A stretch of 28,322 nt of DNA from a virus (lineage: Duplodnaviria; Caudoviricetes). The DNA is taken from IMG/VR virus record IMGVR_UViG_3300032216_001584, positions 1-28,322 of that record. The stretch is one strand, 5' to 3'. Below the pieces are notes generated by a model that searched no databases, had not been told where the DNA came from, and was given only the letters and a program-made list of their open reading frames with translations. This document shows positions 9,757-18,872 of the stretch, piece after piece. Every line of letters starts with the position of its first letter. Positions within the stretch are counted from its first letter, which is position 1. The position numbers and the translations under genes are program-made.

Positions 9757-11006
9757 TACAAATATTGTTTGAATATGTTGGTCATGCCTTCAAATTCATC
9801 TATAAGAAAAGCTGTAACTTCTCCTTTTGAACACACATGTCCATTCTTTTCATCCCATAAACTTTTTGAATTTGAAAAAGCAGGAATCTGATAAAATTTT
9901 ATACCATTAAAATCATGACTCATTTCATGATGTTTGTCTCCAGTAAATATGTAATAATTGGAATATTTTGACCAATACTCTTTATATTCAATTGGAAATA
10001 TGCTAGCTAGTTTTGAAGGTTTTATTGCATCGCCATGATTAAACATCATAGCACTTGTTCCAAAACTTACATACTTTCTATATTCAGGACTATAATTAAA
10101 TTTAACTTTCTCGTTTTCATTAAACACTGCTTTTAACCAATGCACCATATGCCATCCCACAAACTCATCATGATTTCCAGCAACATATGTAACACTAACA
10201 TTTTCACTAAAACTCAATAAGAGTAAAATCATATCAATCTCATGTTTGCAGATTGCTTTGAAAGATTCGTGATATGATAGAAGATTTTGTTGTGGAGTTC
10301 CTTTTGTTGTCATATTGGTCCACTCACTGTTAAATTCATCTGAACCAATTATGTATTCAATCTTTACAAGATTGTTAGACATCTTTGCTTGTCTAAGAAT
10401 TGTTTTTGTCTTTATAAAGATTTGTGTAAATCTAAACTTAATATCATTCTGTCCATTGACATCGTATTTATTAAAATGGGCATCTTGTTTATTTATAACC
10501 AGACACCCATCAGAACAATCACTATTATATTCTACCTCTTTATCAATATCAAATTTAGGATCATATGTAGTTAAGAACTCAATAAATCTATCTTGAAACA
10601 GTTGGTGATCTTTCTTCTTACTCAACCAGGCTTTTACTTGCCAAGAAGGTCTATCTTTGTTTCCCCAGTAGTTCTGTACGTATTTTGTAATATCCCATAC
10701 AGATGTATCAATTTTTGTTTTCTTTATAAGATCTTCTAGAGTTTTTATTTCTTCTTCTGTGTTCAGTGTTATTTCTCCTGTACCCTTTAAAATATCTTCC
10801 TCAAATCGTATAATTGTTTCTTCTAATTGTGATACATATTCTGCAACTTCAGCTTCTTCTCTAACTTTATTTTTACCATTCAATTCTTGAAGTAATTGGT
10901 CAACTTCTGCTTCTGTTATTCCTAACTTATTGGCATAGAACTTTTTACTTTTTTTCCAACTTAACAATTGTTGCAATTGTTCGAGTAGGGATTGATTATC
11001 AATCAT
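9756..11006 (-). CDS. Calcineurin-like metallophosphoesterase with N-terminal HTH-like region
   Basis: 416 aa. Ordered motifs DAH, GSDEFN, GNHD, NHGD, GDKHH. N-terminal KFYANKLGITEAEVDQLL is HTH-like. Confidence 0.8.
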   Translation of the reverse strand: MIDNQSLLEQLQQLLSWKKSKKFYANKLGITEAEVDQLLQELNGKNKVREEAEVAEYVSQLEETIIRFEEDILKGTGEITLNTEEEIKTLEDLIKKTKIDTSVWDITKYVQNYWGNKDRPSWQVKAWLSKKKDHQLFQDRFIEFLTTYDPKFDIDKEVEYNSDCSDGCLVINKQDAHFNKYDVNGQNDIKFRFTQIFIKTKTILRQAKMSNNLVKIEYIIGSDEFNSEWTNMTTKGTPQQNLLSYHESFKAICKHEIDMILLLLSFSENVSVTYVAGNHDEFVGWHMVHWLKAVFNENEKVKFNYSPEYRKYVSFGTSAMMFNHGDAIKPSKLASIFPIEYKEYWSKYSNYYIFTGDKHHEMSHDFNGIKFYQIPAFSNSKSLWDEKNGHVCSKGEVTAFLIDEFEGMTNIFKQYL

Positions 11007-11033
11007 TTACGATTTTTTTGGTTAAAATTGTAG

Positions 11034-11065
11034 TAAAGATAGAAAGTAATTTTGAATTATACAAA
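11034..11065 (-). promoter_or_regulatory. Putative Bacteroidota-type promoter TTTG-N20-TATCTTTA
   Basis: Matches -33 TTTG / 19-21 nt / -7 TAnnTTTG except for the last base. Located after a terminator and 27 nt before the ATG at 11006. Confidence 0.6.
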
Positions 11066-11107
11066 ATTATTATAATCATTTTGATTATTACAATAACTAT
11101 AAAGATT

Positions 11108-11139
11108 AAAAAACCCCCCATGTAGAAACATGAGGGGGC
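11108..11139 (-). terminator. Intrinsic terminator
   Basis: Minus strand CCCCCTCATG-TTTCTA-CATGGGGGG followed by TTTTTT, downstream of the 825-aa gene. Confidence 0.8.
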
Positions 11140-11171
11140 AACATTCCTGAAAAACCAACAAATCAGGAGTT

Positions 11172-13649
11172 TTATATACTATTTTTAACTGTGAAATAAT
11201 CAATTGTTCCAATAAGTCCAGTACTTTGTGGATTACCACCTCCTAAAGTTGATAAAGTAAAGCCTGTTTTAATTGCTTTAGTGCCTTTGCTAACTCCATC
11301 AATAAATAGTTCTAATGTTGAGGCAGTTGTATTTTGAACTAATTTATAAGTGTGAAAAGATGTTGTAACAAAACCACTACCTAAAGCCCAATTGGTAGTT
11401 CCTGTTGGAGTGTATAAATAAAATAATGAGTGAGGCGCACCATCCAAATTAATAATTGATCCAGCTGGATTTCCAGGAGTAGTGCCACCGCGCGCAATAT
11501 CTTTCTGACCTGTTCCAGTTGTATCCTTTAATCTGAATTCTATTGTAAAATCACTAGACAATTCTAATTGCTGCCCAAAGCGTAAATATTTTGATTGATC
11601 AAATACAAGTCCGTCAGCATCATACGTTGGTGTAGAATCAGCATTTGTTGTATAAAGTTTCATTGTTGCAGAAACATCATTATTGGCTTCAGCAAGAGAA
11701 CTATTAAATTGGAAATTCCAATCATATGATGGTGAGAATGATATATTTGGAGATCTATCAAGTTCCCATGATGACAATGCTTTTTTGACTATTCTTACCC
11801 TTTCAATAACACCTTTGAATATTTCTGTTGTGGGTGTAGTTTGGTATCCACGTGCTATACTTTCAAGTCTAAATGATGTAAATGCCCAATCACTAAATGT
11901 AGATTTTAAAACACCATTTACATAAACGTTGACTGTATTATTTGAATATGTGTAAACTATTGCTAAATTGCTAAGTTGATTAAAGTTTGCTCCTGAAATA
12001 GATACAGCTTTTGAAACATTGTTTCCTTTTAAATTTATTGTAGAAGTTCCAGAAATCCATAACCAATCTTCAGTCCAAGCATTAGTTGTACTTCTACCAG
12101 TTATTAACATGCCAGAACTTACTATATCCATTCTAAATGTTGCTTCAACTGTCCAATCATGCGTATTTGTAAGTTCACGATATGTAGCAGGAGTTAGTGG
12201 GGTAGAGCCTGGGATAGTCAAACCATAAATACCATTGTATGTAGGAGATCCACTACCTAATGTTAAATTGTTTCTATTAAAAAGTTCATTATATCCAGTA
12301 TTGTTTACAAGTGGAGTGAGAGACCTAAATAGATAAATGTCATCAAAATATCCAACAGGATCTTGTAGTGCTGTGACATTTTCTGTTAAAATTGTCTTCT
12401 TATTAAGGCTTCTTAATCTGCTAATAGATTGAGCAACTTCATCACCAACTTGATTTAATCCAGTAACTGTATAATGTACAAGATCTGATTTCATTTTACC
12501 ATTACCTGTAGTAAATGTTGATGGAGAATTACTTGTAACTATCAAACTATCTTTACTATAGTTTAATGTACTAATAGCTTTCATTATTTTCTCGCTATTT
12601 GCAGCAGAAGTGTAGTTTGGATCATATCCTATTCTAGTGACAAAAACTTTATCAGGAACAAAGTTTGTACTAAACAAATCTAACATTGTATTAAGACTTG
12701 TTAAATATTGATCAACTTCCATACTTCCAGCATCATTTTCTCCTTGCAACCAATGTATGTATTTACCAAGAATAGTAATACCATTAGCAGTACAATATGC
12801 TTTTACAGCATTCCATCTTGAAAGTGCAGTTGTATAAAGTGAACTTGATGTAGTAGTCCATGTAGAAATACTTGTATTTCCAACAGCAGCACAAACAATA
12901 ATTACAGGTTTTCCTAAAAGTTCTACCAAACGTTTTGCCAAATTAGGATTCATTGACCTATCTGTAGCTCTTGAGTTATCTCCTACAATACCAGTGGGAT
13001 CTGTAAGAGTGTACACAGCATTTACATTTGATTTGTATTCATAAGAACCGTAAGGAATAATCACCTCATTTGCAGGATCTGCAGCAGCTCTACCAACAGC
13101 ATTTGATTGTCCTGTTTGAAGAATTATAATAGCTTCAGTAAGACCTGTAATTGGTGGAAGGGTACTTGTAGATGTGGTTGATGTAGAACTTGTAGATGTA
13201 CTAGATGTTGAAGACGTACTTGTTGAGCTAGTTGAGCTTGTAGAACTAGTTGATGTTGATGAAGTTGATGATGTACTAGAAGTTGATGTACTGTAATCTG
13301 GAACAACAAGGAAAGAAGATCCTCCCATACATTGAGAAACCAAATTACAGAAAGCGTTATACAATAATACATTATCAGAAATAGCTGCCAATATCCCTTC
13401 TGCAAGATTTGATGGAGTTAGTTCCTCATCTATTTTTTCTATTGCAGTGGTTGTGGAATCCATATAATGAATTCCTGTATTTGGAAGATTTGGCCCTGAA
13501 TATCCAACATAATCGGTTAATGTTGAAATAGGTTTGCAAGTACTAACTAAATTAGAATCTTCAAATGGGGTAGGATTGCACGTACTAGGGTATACAGTTG
13601 ATACTGTAGGAACCTCATAGCAAGGCATTCCTGGTAAACACATTGACAT
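11172..13649 (-). CDS. Tail spike/fibre: N-terminal attachment domain, Ser/Thr linker, SGNH (CE6/SASA) acetylesterase, two LamG/ConA-like domains
   Basis: 825 aa. GQSNAVG (catalytic Ser), WLQGEND, DLVH (Asp-x-x-His). LamG-like motifs DWTVEATF..VYVNG..FKGVIERVRI and DFTIEFRLK..LFIDG..GTIDYF. Confidence 0.8.
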   Translation of the reverse strand: MSMCLPGMPCYEVPTVSTVYPSTCNPTPFEDSNLVSTCKPISTLTDYVGYSGPNLPNTGIHYMDSTTTAIEKIDEELTPSNLAEGILAAISDNVLLYNAFCNLVSQCMGGSSFLVVPDYSTSTSSTSSTSSTSTSSTSSTSSTSTSSTSSTSTSSTSTTSTSTLPPITGLTEAIIILQTGQSNAVGRAAADPANEVIIPYGSYEYKSNVNAVYTLTDPTGIVGDNSRATDRSMNPNLAKRLVELLGKPVIIVCAAVGNTSISTWTTTSSSLYTTALSRWNAVKAYCTANGITILGKYIHWLQGENDAGSMEVDQYLTSLNTMLDLFSTNFVPDKVFVTRIGYDPNYTSAANSEKIMKAISTLNYSKDSLIVTSNSPSTFTTGNGKMKSDLVHYTVTGLNQVGDEVAQSISRLRSLNKKTILTENVTALQDPVGYFDDIYLFRSLTPLVNNTGYNELFNRNNLTLGSGSPTYNGIYGLTIPGSTPLTPATYRELTNTHDWTVEATFRMDIVSSGMLITGRSTTNAWTEDWLWISGTSTINLKGNNVSKAVSISGANFNQLSNLAIVYTYSNNTVNVYVNGVLKSTFSDWAFTSFRLESIARGYQTTPTTEIFKGVIERVRIVKKALSSWELDRSPNISFSPSYDWNFQFNSSLAEANNDVSATMKLYTTNADSTPTYDADGLVFDQSKYLRFGQQLELSSDFTIEFRLKDTTGTGQKDIARGGTTPGNPAGSIINLDGAPHSLFYLYTPTGTTNWALGSGFVTTSFHTYKLVQNTTASTLELFIDGVSKGTKAIKTGFTLSTLGGGNPQSTGLIGTIDYFTVKNSI
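13163..13295 (-). repeat. Ser/Thr low-complexity coding tract
   Basis: About 43 consecutive Ser/Thr codons (STSTSSTSSTSS...). Boundaries approximate. Confidence 0.9.
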
Positions 13650-13660
13650 TATTGATGATT

Positions 13661-14758
13661 TTAAGGAATGTACATAATATAATTCGTAGCAATCACAGGC
13701 TGAATATTACTGTGTCCAAGTCCACCTCCTGTATTACCATTTGTTACAGAAATTCCTGTTCCACTTGTTTGAATAGCTGATGTATTTGTAAAATAAGAAG
13801 CAGAACTTCCTTGTGCTCTATCACCACCAGCAAATCTGTAAGTGTTTGAATTTCCTGTAGCATCTGTACCAGTTATACCAAAAATTGGATGAACGTGACC
13901 AGGATCTGATACAGTGGCACCGTGTGTATGTGAAGGAAGTTGTGATGCTGTAAGAACAATTGAGTTATTTCCTGCTTTATCTCCTTTTGCATAGTTGGGA
14001 TTTCCTGATGTTGCAGGATCTACAGCAGTATCTAAAGTTCCTCCAGGAACACCAGAGATTGCACCAACACTTACTCTTCCTCTTTTATCAGGAGTGCCAT
14101 TAAGACCATTACAAATATAAATCTTATCAAATCCATTAGCAGAAAGTCCTTTACCTGTTGAATCAAAGTTTGTAAGAGGTCCATAATATTCAACTATTGT
14201 GTAAGGAACCATTTTAACATACTGCTGATTGCTGATTGTTGAACCAGAAAGATATGCAGAAACAAGTGAGTTAAAATCAGCAAGTTTTACATAATTGGTA
14301 TCAACATCTGTACTTAGTGCAGCAAGATCAGATTTAACTGTACACAATGTATTGATTACCAATTGTAATGTGTTTACAGTACCAGTGGTTGATCCAGAAA
14401 GACAACCTAATGTGTAAGCATGATTTGCTACTTCAGATGCAACAGTGTTAACATCTTCAACTTGAGATTGAAGACTGCAAACTGCTCCTACCAAAGCATC
14501 TACTATTTCATCTAATTTTGTAGGAGAAGTTACAGGAGAATTATCTAAAATTATAGTACAATAACTATTTGTAAGATTTGCCAATGTAATACCTGTACCA
14601 TTCAACATAGATGCCACCTTCTCAATCAAAACTTGTTCTATATATGAAAGGTTGTCTCCTGTAGATATAGACAATGCAGAGTTATCTGCACCAGTATATC
14701 TGACACATTTGTCAGAAACTGTTTCTACACAACCATTATAACAATTTGTGCAAGACAT
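13661..14758 (-). CDS. Tail fibre protein with collar-like C-terminal domain
   Basis: 365 aa. ICNGLNGTPDKRGRVSVG, LTASQLPSHTH and HSNIQPVIATNYIM are tail-collar/short-fibre tip motifs; coiled-coil centre. Confidence 0.8.
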   Translation of the reverse strand: MSCTNCYNGCVETVSDKCVRYTGADNSALSISTGDNLSYIEQVLIEKVASMLNGTGITLANLTNSYCTIILDNSPVTSPTKLDEIVDALVGAVCSLQSQVEDVNTVASEVANHAYTLGCLSGSTTGTVNTLQLVINTLCTVKSDLAALSTDVDTNYVKLADFNSLVSAYLSGSTISNQQYVKMVPYTIVEYYGPLTNFDSTGKGLSANGFDKIYICNGLNGTPDKRGRVSVGAISGVPGGTLDTAVDPATSGNPNYAKGDKAGNNSIVLTASQLPSHTHGATVSDPGHVHPIFGITGTDATGNSNTYRFAGGDRAQGSSASYFTNTSAIQTSGTGISVTNGNTGGGLGHSNIQPVIATNYIMYIP

Positions 14759-14767
14759 TTTAATAAT

Positions 14768-15034
14768 TTATTTATGAATTAACAATTTTATTCTATTAGC
14801 AATCATCTGTATAGTATATTCTGAGGCATAGTCAGGATTACATTTCTTGAATGTAAGAATTCTTTTGTAATTTAAAAGATCTCCCATAACAGATGTTGGT
14901 ACATTCTGATTTAGCATAAATACAATATTGTTATATTGTATGTTTGCCAATTCAGTTAACTTGCAATCAATATCTGCCAAAAGTGATGGTATAGTTGTAC
15001 AATCTATACAATCAACAAGTCTTATCGAAACCAT
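14768..15034 (-). CDS. Hypothetical protein (tail fibre module)
   Basis: 88 aa, tightly packed in the operon, contains CxxC. Confidence 0.65.
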   Translation of the reverse strand: MVSIRLVDCIDCTTIPSLLADIDCKLTELANIQYNNIVFMLNQNVPTSVMGDLLNYKRILTFKKCNPDYASEYTIQMIANRIKLLIHK

Positions 15035-15135
15035 TTTTTGAATTGTTTTAAAGCACCATTACAATATGCACACAGTCCATTTATAAGGTTGCAACTGCAT
15101 CCCACATTTGCACCACAATTACTACAATTTGCCAT
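15022..15135 (-). CDS. Small Cys-rich protein, 37 aa
   Basis: Not in ORF track. MANCSNCGANVGCSCNLINGLCAYCNGALKQFKKWFR; A-rich leader (ttacaaaATG); fills the gap between neighbouring genes. Confidence 0.65.
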   Translation of the reverse strand: MANCSNCGANVGCSCNLINGLCAYCNGALKQFKKWFR

Positions 15136-15146
15136 TTTGTAAAATT

Positions 15147-15695
15147 TTAATAGTTATTACCAGAACAATTGCAATTATTTTTAACAAAGTTGTCAAGCAT
15201 CTTGTCTGCTTTTATATACAGTTTTGTAGCTGTATCAATAGCACAATTATTTGCTGCAGCAACTGCTCCTTGCATAAAATAATATATACTGTCCAGAGTT
15301 ACTTTTTGTTGTTTTTTTATTGAAAGATCGCATTGCATCATGTCCATTTTCATGAAAGCTTTATCATACTTTTCTTGAAGTTGATTCACTCTCATGATAG
15401 TTTTGTTTACATAATTTGTTGTTGCAGGAGCAACAGAATATGTAAGAAACCAAACTCCATCAGGAAGTGGTTGTAATGGATCACCAACATTTGTCAATTG
15501 CAATATTGCCGAATTCAATATATTGAAATCATTCTTTATAAATGGAATCGGCAAAGGATCAAATCCTGGCATTGTTACTGTAAGTGTTGGAGATGTTACT
15601 GCAGGACTTGTTGGATAGGTTGATGCATCAGCAATTCCCATTGTTTGAGAATTGTATGTTTCAATGACTAATATGTCCAAATATAAATCTGCCAT
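15147..15695 (-). CDS. Hypothetical structural protein (possible fibre-docking/hub protein)
   Basis: 182 aa. Beta-rich N-terminal half with LPDGVW, helical Cys-containing C-terminal half. Confidence 0.6.
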   Translation of the reverse strand: MADLYLDILVIETYNSQTMGIADASTYPTSPAVTSPTLTVTMPGFDPLPIPFIKNDFNILNSAILQLTNVGDPLQPLPDGVWFLTYSVAPATTNYVNKTIMRVNQLQEKYDKAFMKMDMMQCDLSIKKQQKVTLDSIYYFMQGAVAAANNCAIDTATKLYIKADKMLDNFVKNNCNCSGNNY

Positions 15696-15706
15696 GTCAA
15701 TTTAAT

Positions 15707-15753
15707 AAAAAATGCCCGAGGACTTGAGATATCCTCTCTCACCCTCAGGCATT
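15707..15753 (-). terminator. Intrinsic terminator after the auxiliary capsid gene
   Basis: Minus strand AATGCCTGAGG...CCTCGGGCATT stem followed by a T run. Confidence 0.75.
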
Positions 15754-15780
15754 AGGTTATATGTTTAAAAAAACTACTGA

Positions 15781-16959
15781 TTAAGGAATCAATGTACTAG
15801 TTGTTAAAGTTGTTGGCCAGATAGTAGTACTAGTAGTGCTAGTGCTAATGATAGTACCACTTTGATCAGTTACAGTACCAAGAGCTGCAGACAAAATAGC
15901 ACTCAAGTTAGTACTTGCAGTACCAGTTGGAACAGCAATAATTACTTGACTATCGCAATCAATGTAATCACCCCAAGTTGATGCAGATTTGTCATACTCA
16001 TTGAACTTAATGTAATAAGTGTCATAAGCGATTCCATCAGCAACCCAGCTTTCAAAGTTAGCATTGTAACCAGCCATCCTGTAGAGATGCTTCAGGTAAC
16101 CAGCTTGATAGCTGTAGTAGTTTTTCTCCAATTGCTTGATCTCATCGGCAGTACCAGCAACATAAGAAGCTCTTTGGATAACTTTTGAAGTGGCAACAAT
16201 GTTACAGTTGTCAGATACCAAGAAGTCAGCAGTGGTAGCAGGACCAGAATAAACAAATGTACGGAAATACATTCTGTCATATTCATAAGGGAACGCTGCA
16301 ATATCACATGTTTGACCATATTTGGTAAGAGTCTTACCAGAAATACGCAAGAAAGCATTAGCATCATTTCCCAACCTTTGGAATTGGAAGAACTTGCTGA
16401 AACTAATGTTATCAGGGTTAGATCCAAGAGCAGCAGTTTGGAAAGCCAAGATGAACTTGTCAATCAAAGAAGGAACGTCAACGTTAGTACAAGGATCAGA
16501 ACCGCAATCGCAGCAAGGAGCCTGTACAGTTACACTACGAGTGAAACCATTGAAGTACAAGGTATCAATGTAAGAAGAATGGGCACGAAGTGTAATAGAT
16601 ACAACATCACCACATTTTACGTTGAAACCAGATACGTCAGTAACTTGAGTACGAGCAACGCTAGAACCAGAAACTTTGTACCACTCAGTGACATTATTTT
16701 TACCACCTGTGTTCGAAGGACCAGAAATCTTATCAGAGCGTTTTGAACCTTGCAGATAAGTATTTGTTCTACCTTGAGCAATGTAAAAATAAGGGGATGC
16801 TGCAATTGTACCAGAAGCAAGTGCGCTATACTGTACACCACTAGCGATACCGTATACACCTACTTGGCCAGCAGTCAAGTCTTGTGTAGAACCAGAACTA
16901 GGAAAAGTAGTCTGAGTACTGGGAACTACAAAGAGCGTAGTTAATGAAAAATCAGCCAT
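15781..16959 (-). CDS. Putative auxiliary capsid protein (crAss gene-73-like)
   Basis: 392 aa, third gene after MCP. LTAGQVGVY, FYIAQG..KRSDKI; C-ending codon bias like the MCP; ends at a terminator. Confidence 0.65.
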   Translation of the reverse strand: MADFSLTTLFVVPSTQTTFPSSGSTQDLTAGQVGVYGIASGVQYSALASGTIAASPYFYIAQGRTNTYLQGSKRSDKISGPSNTGGKNNVTEWYKVSGSSVARTQVTDVSGFNVKCGDVVSITLRAHSSYIDTLYFNGFTRSVTVQAPCCDCGSDPCTNVDVPSLIDKFILAFQTAALGSNPDNISFSKFFQFQRLGNDANAFLRISGKTLTKYGQTCDIAAFPYEYDRMYFRTFVYSGPATTADFLVSDNCNIVATSKVIQRASYVAGTADEIKQLEKNYYSYQAGYLKHLYRMAGYNANFESWVADGIAYDTYYIKFNEYDKSASTWGDYIDCDSQVIIAVPTGTASTNLSAILSAALGTVTDQSGTIISTSTTSTTIWPTTLTTSTLIP

Positions 16960-16985
16960 TTTGTTTTGAATTTATGTTTGAAAAA

Positions 16986-17717
16986 TTATTCGTTTGTTTT
17001 TATCCTGTAAGCTGAATTTTGGACAGCACTTGCATTTTCTGTATACATTGCCAGATTTTGCACTGTCAAATCTACTAATTCATCTTCAAGATAGTTTTTA
17101 AGTTCGCAATCCTGATCAATAGACTCTGTACCATCAAATTTTACATATCCAGCTTTATCTATATATTTTGGATATCTCATATAGGAAAGATAGAGTTTTG
17201 TTGGGGTGAAAGTACCATCAGTAAATATTGATATATCGTCAGAAGAAATCACATTAAATGTTTCTTGATATTCAAAAGATGGTTTGTAATGAGCATTATT
17301 TAATAATAATGATATGTCACCATGTTTTAAAAGATCTCTATTAACCCATATCACTCTTCCTTTGCATTTATCTTTATCTGCTAATATATAGGAATCTATA
17401 TAAAACATAAATGCTGGAGTAATATCTTTAAAAGAAACTGACCATTTATTTAGATACTTGTCTGTCAGCTTTAAATCAAAAACATGATTATTATAACTTT
17501 CTACAAGTTTCTGAAGATCTTCATATCTTTTTTTAAAAGCGTCTAGACCAAGGCCAGAAATTGTATTATCACCATCAACCTTTTGTTTTATCAACTTAAT
17601 CTGAGCTTCATTTAAAGCTAAGATTTTGTCTTCTAATTGAATCTGTTGATGCTCATTAGTCGATAGTTTATTTAGTTTTTGATCAATCTTGTATAATAAA
17701 CTATCTACTGGTATCAT
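16986..17717 (-). CDS. Head-tail ring/adaptor protein (crAss gene-74-like)
   Basis: 243 aa. LNEAQIKLIK, KRYEDLQKLV, YLSYMRYP, DCEL..LEDELVDLTV; synteny. Confidence 0.7.
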   Translation of the reverse strand: MIPVDSLLYKIDQKLNKLSTNEHQQIQLEDKILALNEAQIKLIKQKVDGDNTISGLGLDAFKKRYEDLQKLVESYNNHVFDLKLTDKYLNKWSVSFKDITPAFMFYIDSYILADKDKCKGRVIWVNRDLLKHGDISLLLNNAHYKPSFEYQETFNVISSDDISIFTDGTFTPTKLYLSYMRYPKYIDKAGYVKFDGTESIDQDCELKNYLEDELVDLTVQNLAMYTENASAVQNSAYRIKTNE

Positions 17718-18682
17718 ACTAAAGCTAATTTCTTAGTTTTTAATTTTTGTTCTAGAATAATAAGATCTTCTTGGTTGTCCTCATCTGCAAGGAATTTCAC
17801 AAGTTCATCTTCATCTTTAGCCACTTCAAATTCACCTTCGTAAACTTTACCGCTAGCTTTAACTCTATATACTGAAAGCGCAATTGCTTGTTTAACAAGA
17901 TCTCTAATATGGAGCAAGTTTTCTTTCATGTCTGCAAATCTGTTAAACACCTCAACTGTAGAAAGTCCTTGGTATTTACCATCTTTGAATTCTGTTTGTT
18001 TGATAACATTATCTACAAGATTATATACAACTTCTTCTTTTGTATCATCTGTAACAGGAAGACCAAGCAACCTTGCAACTTTACGTTTCTTATCAGGAGT
18101 CATTGAATCAAACTTACTGATAGCTTTATTGATGATTTGCTTTTTCTTGAACAGAACAGCATTTTCAATTTCATCATCTGCTACATAGTATTGTGTATCA
18201 GCAGGATAATCACCACGCTCCCAAGCTTGATAACTTGAAGCAATTGTAGGATGAACTCTCAACCATGAAAATGCAAGTTCTTGCAAAGGTTGTCCTAGAT
18301 CAAAATAATTATCTCCATCCATCAATTTTACAGGTTGCACATGCAATGTGTCATAGTTTGATACAGATAGTCCACTATTCCAAAATGAGGAACGAGGACC
18401 AAGATCAAGACCTCCTAAAGCATTTTCTAATTTTGTCCTAAGATTTGATACACGCTCAACTTCCAATTCCCTTTCTACAGGATCTTGAATTCTTCTAATG
18501 TAAGCAGCATCTGGATTAAGTCCTGTTCTATATTGACCATCCATTTCTTTATAAGGATATTTGAAAACACCTGTACCAGGAGTTCTTGTCATTCCTTTAG
18601 CAGCAAGGCCACCTTGCATTGTTTGCAATTGAGAATTGTTGTAATCTTTCTTAATTGTAGATATTTTACCTATCTTGCCCAT
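17714..18682 (-). CDS. Conserved crAss-like protein following MCP (gene-75-like)
   Basis: Probable start is MGKIGK at 18682 (322 aa); the track's 18757 start runs through the structured intergenic region. Synteny after MCP. Confidence 0.65.
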   Translation of the reverse strand: MGKIGKISTIKKDYNNSQLQTMQGGLAAKGMTRTPGTGVFKYPYKEMDGQYRTGLNPDAAYIRRIQDPVERELEVERVSNLRTKLENALGGLDLGPRSSFWNSGLSVSNYDTLHVQPVKLMDGDNYFDLGQPLQELAFSWLRVHPTIASSYQAWERGDYPADTQYYVADDEIENAVLFKKKQIINKAISKFDSMTPDKKRKVARLLGLPVTDDTKEEVVYNLVDNVIKQTEFKDGKYQGLSTVEVFNRFADMKENLLHIRDLVKQAIALSVYRVKASGKVYEGEFEVAKDEDELVKFLADEDNQEDLIILEQKLKTKKLALV

Positions 18683-18710
18683 GATGTAGTTTAATTTAAA
18701 TTGGTTTTTT

Positions 18711-18872
18711 CGCAGAGCGATTTCCATCGAAGGAGTAGCGATTAGGAGACACCCCAATCCATCACTCTGTATTTGTGAGAAGATTCCCCCACTTGGAGGA
18801 GTGGGGGGAGTTTCTTCTCGGTAGGTTGAAACATCTTTCGATGTCGATCTAGGGATACTATCCTCTAGAGAG
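18711..18872 (-). ncRNA. Candidate structured cis-regulatory RNA / ncRNA between MCP and the next gene
   Basis: Three consecutive hairpins (one with a GAAA tetraloop) and a three-way junction, with several G-U pairs on the minus strand. GC-rich relative to other spacers. Confidence 0.55.

Noticed and set aside
18683-18757. 25-aa N-terminal extension of the gene-75-like ORF
   Set aside because: It starts at TTG inside the structured spacer; the ATG at 18682 has a typical A-rich leader.
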